A stretch of 64,000 bases of DNA from a virus (taxonomy: Duplodnaviria > Caudoviricetes), in the IMG/VR virus record IMGVR_UViG_3300028569_001484, positions 28,166 to 92,165 of that record; one strand, 5' to 3'. The notes under the pieces were generated by a model. It had not been told where the DNA came from, did not search any database, and worked only from the letters and a program-made list of their open reading frames with translations. A program made the position numbers and the translations under genes. Positions 56,843 to 64,000 of the stretch are shown piece after piece. Position 1 is the stretch's first letter. Each line of letters starts with the position of its first letter.

Positions 56843-56869
56843 AACCCGTCGTAAATGACGGGTTTTTTT
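56843..56869 (+). terminator. intrinsic terminator
   Basis: AACCCGTC-GTAAAT-GACGGGTT followed by T-run. Confidence 0.8.
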
Positions 56870-56884
56870 GTGCTCATAAATAAT

Positions 56885-56983
56885 ATGAAAACGCCATGTA
56901 AAAGAATATGTGTGCTTGTTGATAATAGACTATGTGAAGGATGTGGTCGTACTTGGAAAGAGTTACGAGAGTGGTCATTTTAT
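56885..56983 (+). pseudogene. DUF1289-like Cys-rich protein truncated by the TnpB element
   Basis: MKTPCKRICVLVDNRLCEGCGRTWKELREWSFY then element left end. Confidence 0.7.
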
Positions 56984-58344
56984 ATCTTCGTCGTTAGAAA
57001 ACCCCAATCGCTTTAGGGTCGTGGAATGAATGACGATAACTCCTAACTTAATATATTGACATCGATGAGTCAACCAAAAAATAATTGCAAATATTTTTAA
57101 TTTTTGTATTTGTCGTGTATATTTATTTGTAGAGTGAGTAATAGAGCCTACAAATTTAGATTGTATCCAAACAAATGTCAAGAAGATTTGTTACAAAAGC
57201 ACTTTGGTCATTGTAGATTCATTTATAATCACTTTCTAGCAGTAAAAATTAAACACTACAAGGAAACCAAGAAAACTATAACTTGGGTTGATCTTTCAAA
57301 TCAATTACCAACTCTAAAAACCGAATTTGATTGGTTGAGTGAAGTAGGCAGTCAATCACTACAACAATCCATACGCAACTTAGATAACGCTTATACCGCA
57401 TTTTTTCGTTCGGGAGCCGGATTTCCCAAATTCAAAAGCAAACATAAATCAAGAAATTCGTTCGTTGTTCCTCAAACCAATAACAACATAAAATTGGATT
57501 ATACATCCAACAAATTGACAATTCCAAAATTTCTCAACTTAAAATCAAAAGATAATAGAATCAAATGTATTTTTCATCGTCAAATACCAAACGACGAAAT
57601 CATAAAACAAGCTACAATATCACAAGACAAAGATGGTAAATACTATGTTTCAATATTGGTTGAAATCAATAAATTATTTATAACAAAATCCGATAGAGAC
57701 AGAAACAATGCAATTGGCATTGATTTTGGAGTTAAAACATTTTTGACATTGAGCAACGGACAAAAGATTGAAAATCCAAAATATTTAAAACAAAGTCAAG
57801 ATAAATTAGCAAATCATCAACAAGAATTGGAATTGTTAAACAAAGATACAACAAAATATAAGTCAAAACGAGAACAAATTACAAAGTTGTATGCTAAGAT
57901 CGTTAGACAAAGAAAAGATTTCTTAGACAAATTATCACATCAATTAACCAACGATAGCCAAATTGGATCAATTGCATTGGAGGATTTGTCAATAAAAGAT
58001 ATGCAACAAAACAATTATTCGCCAACAAATCGTATAATTAACGATTATGCTTGGAGTATGTTTATAAATATGTTGCAATATAAGAGTGATTGGTATGGTA
58101 AAAATCTCATAAAGATTGGGCGATTTGATCCATCATCAAAAACTTGTTCAAATTGTGGCGATATTAATCGCGAATTGAAATTAGAGGATAGACAGTGGAA
58201 ATGTATCAAGTGCAATATTGAACACGATAGAGACATCAATGCTGCGAACAATATACTTGACTTTGCATTTCCGAATATGTGTTTTAAAAAGGGCAGGAAC
58301 TGCCCTATTGAAGCCCCTATGGCTTTAGCCTAGGGGTAGTTCAC
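56984..58344 (+). mobile_element. non-autonomous IS200/IS605-family element (tnpB only)
   Basis: Follows TTTAT; decayed left end AAAACCCCAATCGCTTTAG; right-end hairpin CCCCTATGGCTTTAGCCTAGGGG ending GTTCAC. Confidence 0.85.
57134..58333 (+). CDS. tnpB: TnpB RNA-guided nuclease (IS605 OrfB with HTH and Zn finger)
   Basis: AYKFRLYP, FGHCRFIYN, GIDFG, IALEDL, SSKTCSNCG...CIKC..HDRDINAA. Confidence 0.93.
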   Translation: MSNRAYKFRLYPNKCQEDLLQKHFGHCRFIYNHFLAVKIKHYKETKKTITWVDLSNQLPTLKTEFDWLSEVGSQSLQQSIRNLDNAYTAFFRSGAGFPKFKSKHKSRNSFVVPQTNNNIKLDYTSNKLTIPKFLNLKSKDNRIKCIFHRQIPNDEIIKQATISQDKDGKYYVSILVEINKLFITKSDRDRNNAIGIDFGVKTFLTLSNGQKIENPKYLKQSQDKLANHQQELELLNKDTTKYKSKREQITKLYAKIVRQRKDFLDKLSHQLTNDSQIGSIALEDLSIKDMQQNNYSPTNRIINDYAWSMFINMLQYKSDWYGKNLIKIGRFDPSSKTCSNCGDINRELKLEDRQWKCIKCNIEHDRDINAANNILDFAFPNMCFKKGRNCPIEAPMALA

Positions 58345-58556
58345 TGTTGAAGTTATATGTTAACGGTGTTTATGATAATCAAGTGAGTTATACAGGAAAT
58401 ATTCAAGACACATATCCTATTCGATTAGGAAACGGTGCATTTGGTGATGGACCTTTTCCAGGCAATATATACATTGCAAGTGTATACAATAGAGCATTAA
58501 GTGCAACTGAAGTATTACAAAATTATAATGCTACTAAGAGTAGATTTGGTTTATAA
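58345..58556 (+). pseudogene. 3' fragment of a LamG/ConA-like gene
   Basis: LKLYVNG...YNRALSATEVLQNYNATKSRFGL, paralog of the next gene's C-terminus; 5' part missing. Confidence 0.75.
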
Positions 58557-58567
58557 TTATAGTACAT

Positions 58568-59248
58568 ATGTCAACTAAATATTCCCCACAAATAGTTACA
58601 TCAGGATTAGTATTAGCTTTAGACGCTGCTAATAGAAACAGTTATCCAAGAACAGGCACATCGTGGTATGATTTAAGCGGTAATGCAAATACCGGTACAC
58701 TAACTAATGGGCCCACTTTTAGTAATACTAAAAACGGTGTTATTGTATTTGACGGAGTAGATGATTATGTATCTATCCCCAACAATAGTAATTTTAATAA
58801 CGGAAACAATATTACGGTCGAAGCTTGGGTACTATGTACAGATTGGTCAACATACATACATCCTATGATAGTTGCTAAAGGAATAAATGTTGAGTGGATA
58901 TTATGGAAATCAAATGATACGGGTGTTGTTGGTAAGTTAGGATGGCGGGGACTTGGGACCGCTTATACGACTACAAGTTTACCAAACAATACGTGGGTTC
59001 AGTGTGTTGGTAGTATTGGAAGTGCTGGACAAAAAGTTTATTTAAACGGAGTATTGGAGTCAACTGTAGGTAATACAACATTTACCAGCGGAAATATTAA
59101 TGTTACAATAGCTACAGGACTAGTTACTGGATCTCCATCTAATCTATTGGGTGCTAATGTTGCAATTACTAGAATTTACAATAGACAACTAACCGATAAT
59201 CAAGTATTACAGAATTACAACGCAACAAAAATAAGATTTGGATTATAA
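58568..59248 (+). CDS. LamG/concanavalin A-like virion protein
   Basis: GLVLALDAAN..SY.GT.WYDLSG, FDGVDDY, YLNG, IYNR.L...VLQNYNATK.RFGL. Confidence 0.85.
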   Translation: MSTKYSPQIVTSGLVLALDAANRNSYPRTGTSWYDLSGNANTGTLTNGPTFSNTKNGVIVFDGVDDYVSIPNNSNFNNGNNITVEAWVLCTDWSTYIHPMIVAKGINVEWILWKSNDTGVVGKLGWRGLGTAYTTTSLPNNTWVQCVGSIGSAGQKVYLNGVLESTVGNTTFTSGNINVTIATGLVTGSPSNLLGANVAITRIYNRQLTDNQVLQNYNATKIRFGL

Positions 59249-59251
59249 CAT

Positions 59252-59644
59252 ATGGCAGATCCGGCAACATTTGGTGGTCAATGTGGAACATGGGGTACAG
59301 TATGTAATCTTTGGAGTGAATGTATTACCGAGGTTGTGGATATCATTGAAGGCGGTGCACGGGATCCGGCGTTTTGGTTGGATCATCCATTTGATTTATA
59401 TAATAAAGATTTAGAATTAGAGAAGTATCAACAAGAACAGCCACAAAAACAAAAGCGGTTAATTGAAATATATGTAAAGTGTGCTAATAAAAAATACAAT
59501 AGAACTATTGTTGTGCCTGAAAATAAAGTAAAAGTGAATGTACGAGATGTGGAGTTTATACTCAAGACTCTAAATGAAGTTGGGGTAGATATTAAAAATA
59601 TAAGAAAATATACAGATAACGATTTGAACAACTTGCTCACATAA
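59252..59644 (+). CDS. hypothetical protein
   Basis: Operon ORF. Confidence 0.6.
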   Translation: MADPATFGGQCGTWGTVCNLWSECITEVVDIIEGGARDPAFWLDHPFDLYNKDLELEKYQQEQPQKQKRLIEIYVKCANKKYNRTIVVPENKVKVNVRDVEFILKTLNEVGVDIKNIRKYTDNDLNNLLT

Positions 59645-59706
59645 CTAAAAATTAGTTATTAATTAACCAACCTATTATATATTTATAAGTATAAAATTTT
59701 ATTAAA

Positions 59707-60258
59707 ATGAGCGCTTATACCATATATCTTGACAAAGAAGAAACATTTGAATGTGAGGTGTCAATCAAAAATGCCTCAATCAAAGACAGTTCAGCACGTT
59801 TAATCATTGAAAGTGATGATATTAATTTAGTATTCTTTGGTACTGTATCAAAAGATACAATTACTGTACCTATTAAAAGTTTAAAGAAATATTTTACCGA
59901 AAGTGATAAAGCCACTATCAAATTGGAAGTAATCGTTGAAAACAATTTGGTTACCCCATGGGAAAGTGAATTGTTGTTTGATAGCTATAATAAAGTAGAA
60001 ATCAAAGAAATCAAGAATGTCAAGACTAAGCCATTAATCGAAATTAAACTTAAAGAAGATAAAAAACAACACTTGGAAGCTAAAACCAAGGAAATAGAAC
60101 AAAAAGTTGTTACAGAATCTAAGAAGTCTGTTAAATCATTAAAACAAAAACTTTTAGAATCTGTTAATGATCAAATAAAGAAAATTCAAGTTGATGGAAA
60201 ATTAAATAAGGAAGAAAAGAAAGAACTTATTAAAAAGCTGCTATCAAACGATTTATAA
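59707..60258 (+). CDS. hypothetical (probable structural) protein
   Basis: TATTTATA upstream; Ig-like beta pattern, TPWES. Confidence 0.6.
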   Translation: MSAYTIYLDKEETFECEVSIKNASIKDSSARLIIESDDINLVFFGTVSKDTITVPIKSLKKYFTESDKATIKLEVIVENNLVTPWESELLFDSYNKVEIKEIKNVKTKPLIEIKLKEDKKQHLEAKTKEIEQKVVTESKKSVKSLKQKLLESVNDQIKKIQVDGKLNKEEKKELIKKLLSNDL

Positions 60259-60273
60259 TTAATATAATATGAT

Positions 60274-61212
60274 ATGCCAGTTTTTCCATCACAGAATCTT
60301 AATACTCAAAAAATATGTGAGAGTTATCCACGGTTATTACAAATATACAGTGGTAGCCTAGTTTTAGATGGTACTGGAAGTTTAAAGCAGTTTCTTAATG
60401 TTACCAGTAGTTATTCTCTTACAAGTAGTTATGCTAGTAATTTTGGTAATAGCATAACTCAAAGCTTTAGTGCAAGTAATATATGGACATTTAATCACAA
60501 TCTAGGTGATAAATATGTTCTTATACAAACAGTTGATACAAACGATAATCAACTAATACCAGAAGTAATTAACCTATTTGACGATAATACCGCAATAATA
60601 GGTTTTAGTGTTCCAACTGCTGGTACAGCAATCGCTACAAGAGGTGGTATAAGAAAATTAATAATAAGCAGTAGTTATGGTTATTATAATCTAAATACTG
60701 GTAGTACCTATCCTATAACAAGCAGTTGGGCTTTATATGCATTAAATGGTGGAACTAATATATACACTGGTAGTACATATCCTATAACAGGTAGTTGGTC
60801 TATAAATGCTGTTAGTGCAAGTTATGCTCCGTGTAATTGTCCATTATTACAAACAGGCAGTTATTATCCTATAACTGCTAGTTGGGCAATAAATACACAA
60901 ACGAGTAGTTATATACAAGTTACCGGTGTAAGTTATCCGGTAAGAAGAGTATATAACAATTATACTATTGTAAGAACCACGGATTATACAATATTATGTG
61001 ATGCTACTAGTGGATCGTTTAATGTCAAATTACCGAATCCCGTGGGTAACACTAATATTTATAATATAAAAAAAATAGATACTAGTGGACATCGAATAAA
61101 TGTAACTGTAACTAACGCTTCTTATATAGACTATGAACTTACACAAAGCATTGCACACAAAGGAACAAACATGATGGTACAAAGTGATGGTTCACAATAC
61201 TGGGTCTTGTAA
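60274..61212 (+). CDS. tail fibre-like virion protein
   Basis: W.FNHNLG domain, TGSTYPIT(S/G/A)SWA repeats, C-terminal ILCDAT.G...LP...IKK.D...SDG..YW domain. Confidence 0.65.
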   Translation: MPVFPSQNLNTQKICESYPRLLQIYSGSLVLDGTGSLKQFLNVTSSYSLTSSYASNFGNSITQSFSASNIWTFNHNLGDKYVLIQTVDTNDNQLIPEVINLFDDNTAIIGFSVPTAGTAIATRGGIRKLIISSSYGYYNLNTGSTYPITSSWALYALNGGTNIYTGSTYPITGSWSINAVSASYAPCNCPLLQTGSYYPITASWAINTQTSSYIQVTGVSYPVRRVYNNYTIVRTTDYTILCDATSGSFNVKLPNPVGNTNIYNIKKIDTSGHRINVTVTNASYIDYELTQSIAHKGTNMMVQSDGSQYWVL

Positions 61213-62229
61213 AAACCTTATTACCCATCCTTTATGACTTTTAATTTTCTTGTTAATAAGTCGAGACATTTGAAAACTACACAATTTATAATTTGTTATT
61301 AAATCATAACGATTACAATGTATAGTTAGATTTAATTTATCGTTACAAAATATATATAGATTTTTATCATAATTACCATTATTAACTCCAGATCTTTTTT
61401 CAACTTGATTAATTCTATATTCTTTATTTTCCCACAATTTTTTGACAGAACTGCTTATTTGATTTTTCAAACTTGGATTAGAAAAATATCTTTTTTTGGC
61501 AGATTCACTTAATTTTTTTCGTTGATCATCTGTACGAGGCTTTCTAATAATATTATCTTTATTTGCAAATCGTTTTTTTTGACTAATACTTTGTTTTATT
61601 TTTAAATCGTTATTTTGCCAAGCTAATTTATGACTTAACTTTTGTTTTTTAATGTAATCGTCACTTTTCCATTTTTCTTTAAATGAATCACTACATCTTT
61701 TTCTATAATCGTTATTTTGCCATAGTTTTTTGTGAGAGTCTTTCATTTTTAATTTACTTTCTTCGTTATGAGTTTTATTTAACATGGGACTCAATGTAAA
61801 ATAACAAATGTTATAATTTTTATCCTGATGTTGTTTACACACATTCAAGTAAATCTGTTCGATTGTTAACAAGAAAATTATAGGCAAGTTTCTAACTATC
61901 AGAAACTCAAAATTTTGTTCTCCATATTGATTCCACTCCAGTTGTAAATTTTTATTTACGTGTGTATTTTTGTTAAGTTGGTATTTATGTTGTTTATTCC
62001 ATCTATACCAAAAGTTTTTTGTACTTCCTACATAATATTTACCATTAATTTTATTTATTATTTTGTATATTCCGCTTGTTTTTGGAATTATAATATCTTT
62101 CCATTCGTTTTTTATTACATTTTTCTTTGTTTCGTTGGTAGTATCGTTTGGATCGGATATTAGATTGTTCTTTAAGTTCGTCGATTGTTCTATTGAGTTT
62201 TTTTCTTCCCATAAATTTATTTCTTTCAT
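61192..62229 (-). CDS. GIY-YIG homing endonuclease (cassette 6)
   Basis: SGIYKIINKINGKYYVGST, EQIYL, YN, helical K..W....Y repeats. Confidence 0.88.
   Translation of the reverse strand: MKEINLWEEKNSIEQSTNLKNNLISDPNDTTNETKKNVIKNEWKDIIIPKTSGIYKIINKINGKYYVGSTKNFWYRWNKQHKYQLNKNTHVNKNLQLEWNQYGEQNFEFLIVRNLPIIFLLTIEQIYLNVCKQHQDKNYNICYFTLSPMLNKTHNEESKLKMKDSHKKLWQNNDYRKRCSDSFKEKWKSDDYIKKQKLSHKLAWQNNDLKIKQSISQKKRFANKDNIIRKPRTDDQRKKLSESAKKRYFSNPSLKNQISSSVKKLWENKEYRINQVEKRSGVNNGNYDKNLYIFCNDKLNLTIHCNRYDLITNYKLCSFQMSRLINKKIKSHKGWVIRFLQDPVL
62051..62212 (-). CDS. MGRKK basic leader micro-protein (cassette 6)
   Basis: MGRKKLNRTIDELKEQSNIRSKRYYQRNKEKCNKKRMERYYNSKNKRNIQNNK. Confidence 0.78.
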   Translation of the reverse strand: MGRKKLNRTIDELKEQSNIRSKRYYQRNKEKCNKKRMERYYNSKNKRNIQNNK

Positions 62230-62246
62230 ACATATATAAATATAAA

Positions 62247-62267
62247 GTGAAAACATAAAACGTGAAA
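62247..62267 (-). repeat. direct repeat TTTCAC x2 (putative operator, cassette 6)
   Basis: GTGAAA at 62247 and 62262, 15-bp period, near-identical to cassette 3. Confidence 0.6.
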
Positions 62268-62331
62268 GAAACAATAATTTATAAGTATTAAACACACATG
62301 ATGTATATAAAATTCTATTTATAATAGAATT

Positions 62332-63564
62332 ATGTCATACTTCGAAAAAACACAAATATATGCAGCTGATAGTCCAAGTATAGATGCTTTCGGTAAATGG
62401 CGTGTAAGTAATCCAACCACATTGTTTGATAGTAAACAAATTGTTGATAGTGGTAGTTTTTATTTTGATATCAAAACAGTAGGTAGTGCTACAGTAACTT
62501 GGAATAGTGGTAGTGCACAAAGCACATTTAGAGTTACACAGACTAGTGGTAGTAGAGCAATCAAACAAACCAAAAGAATATTTGTCTATCAACCAGGAAA
62601 GTCCCAGCAACTTATTTGTACAGGTAAATTTGGTATAGGAGTAGATGGCATAAAAAAGAACATAGGTAGTTTTGATGATAATGATGGATTCTTTTTTCAA
62701 AGTAGTGGAAGTAGTTTTGGTATTGTACTTAGAAAAACTATTAATGGTATTAAAACTGATACTTTTATCAGTCAAAGCAGTTGGAACTTGGATAAAATGA
62801 ATGGTGTTGGACCAAGTGGAAATATACTAGATATCAATAAAGCACAAATTTATACAATGGATTATGAATGGTTGGGTGTGGGTAGAGTAAGATATGGCGT
62901 GGTACAAAAAGGTATATTAATTTATGTACATGAAATAAATAACTATAATAGTTTAGAAACAGTTTATCTACGTAATCCTAATTTGCCTATAAGATATGAA
63001 ATGAGTACTCATAAAAATACCACAACTGGTAGTTTAATGACACAAATATGTAGTACCGTTATAAGTGAAGGGGGTTTTCAAAACACAGGCAGACGAATGG
63101 TTGTTACAAATCCAACAGGTGCTACTATAGGATCTAGTGAATATGATGCTGTATTATTTATAAGATATAACAGTATAAATACCGAGTGTGCACAAATAAT
63201 ACCAGAAGAATTGAACTTTTTAGTTGAACCTGGTAATAATAGTCCATTTAGTGGCAGATGGGATTTATTGGTTAATCCAACTGTAACAGATCCAGTAGTA
63301 TGGAATAATGTCACTGGATCTGTAGTAACTCAAATGGCAAGAAGTAGTGTTGGAAATGCCATAACAAATCCAGGCACTGTAATTGCTACAGGTTATTTTT
63401 CTGGTACAGGTGGAGCAGGTATTGATAGTCAGATAACGATTGATCCTTATTATGGGTTAGGAAAAACCATAAATAAAGTTAGTGACGTTTTAGCGCTGGG
63501 TATAAAGGCTTATAATAATACATACACAATCTATCCGACAATAGTAGTAAGAGAATTAACTTGA
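62332..63564 (+). CDS. probable virion structural protein
   Basis: DAFG..RVS.P.TLF, YQPGKS, Q..WN.D, EWLGVGRVR, P.LPIRYE; sits among tail genes. Confidence 0.65.
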   Translation: MSYFEKTQIYAADSPSIDAFGKWRVSNPTTLFDSKQIVDSGSFYFDIKTVGSATVTWNSGSAQSTFRVTQTSGSRAIKQTKRIFVYQPGKSQQLICTGKFGIGVDGIKKNIGSFDDNDGFFFQSSGSSFGIVLRKTINGIKTDTFISQSSWNLDKMNGVGPSGNILDINKAQIYTMDYEWLGVGRVRYGVVQKGILIYVHEINNYNSLETVYLRNPNLPIRYEMSTHKNTTTGSLMTQICSTVISEGGFQNTGRRMVVTNPTGATIGSSEYDAVLFIRYNSINTECAQIIPEELNFLVEPGNNSPFSGRWDLLVNPTVTDPVVWNNVTGSVVTQMARSSVGNAITNPGTVIATGYFSGTGGAGIDSQITIDPYYGLGKTINKVSDVLALGIKAYNNTYTIYPTIVVRELT

Positions 63565-63617
63565 AATTACTGAAAAATAGATTATAAATACTTATTATTA
63601 TACTATTTATATAACGA

Positions 63618-64000
63618 ATGAAAATAGATTCGCCGCAAATTTTAACTCCGGGTATAACAGGTTCAATATTCATTACGAACCTAACCACTAATCCAACTGG
63701 TTTTTTCTTATCAATCGACAACACAACTGGACAAGTTCACAAAGCTATTGGCGGAGCAAACGGATCAAGCGGCACAAGTGGTAGTAGTGGTACAGCCGGT
63801 AGTAGCGGCACAAGTGGTATCAGTGGCACAGCCGGTAGTAGCGGTACAAGTGGAAGTAGCGGTACCGCTGGTAGTAGTGGTACATCAGGATCAAGTGGTA
63901 CAAGCGGAAGTAGCGGTACATCAGGATCAAGTGGTACCGCTGGTAGTAGTGGCACAACAGGTAGTAGTGGTACAAGCGGAAGTAGCGGTACATCAGGATC
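63618..64000 (+). CDS. collagen-like (G-T/S-S)n fibre protein, truncated by window end
   Basis: ATG 63618 after TATTTATA; MKIDSPQ... then SGTSGSSGTAG repeats with Gly every third residue. Confidence 0.8.
   Translation, partial: MKIDSPQILTPGITGSIFITNLTTNPTGFFLSIDNTTGQVHKAIGGANGSSGTSGSSGTAGSSGTSGISGTAGSSGTSGSSGTAGSSGTSGSSGTSGSSGTSGSSGTAGSSGTTGSSGTSGSSGTSG

Noticed and set aside
1282-63314. Numerous 60-170 aa ORFs antisense to or nested in long genes (e.g. 10675-, 20717-, 26990+, 30303+, 62335-)
   Set aside because: No motifs and composition typical of shadow frames; only the MGRKK leaders were kept because they recur with conserved sequence.
63737-63955. Pro/Leu-rich repeat ORF on the minus strand
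   Set aside because: Antisense shadow of the collagen-like (G-x-S)n gene starting at 63618.

Overview
AT-rich 64-kb segment of a large tailed dsDNA (jumbo/huge) phage genome; standard genetic code. It carries a T4-like replication block (family B DNA polymerase, sliding clamp, clamp loader, dUTPase, RecB/Cas4-like nuclease, intein-bearing SF2 helicase) and a large glycosylation and nucleotide-sugar set (GT2/GT4/GT11/GT25-like transferases, Gmd, GDP-mannose epimerase-like, RmlA/RmlB plus an NRS/ER-type reductase, methyltransferases, radical SAM). Other genes include intein-split IscU, ClpP, a SpoU methyltransferase, 2OG-Fe(II) oxygenases and virion/tail genes at the right end. There are two non-autonomous IS200/IS605 TnpB elements and a 4.4-kb tRNA/ncRNA array with rRNA-like promoters and boxA sites. 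The best candidate for an undescribed system is a six-copy mobile endonuclease cassette: a short direct repeat next to a TATTTAT-like promoter, then a conserved 47-53 aa basic MGRKK...RY micro-protein, then an interchangeable nuclease (GIY-YIG, HNH or Vsr/DUF559-like). In five copies the nuclease is overprinted in the +1 frame; in the sixth it is ATGA-coupled. Also notable: a tRNA-Arg(UCU) whose D-loop-like hairpin lies 3' of the anticodon arm, a tRNA with a 36-nt hairpin inside its anticodon loop, unassigned structured RNAs, and an endonuclease insertion that supplies a synonymously recoded copy of the helicase C-terminus. All calls are from motif reading by eye; no database searches were run.
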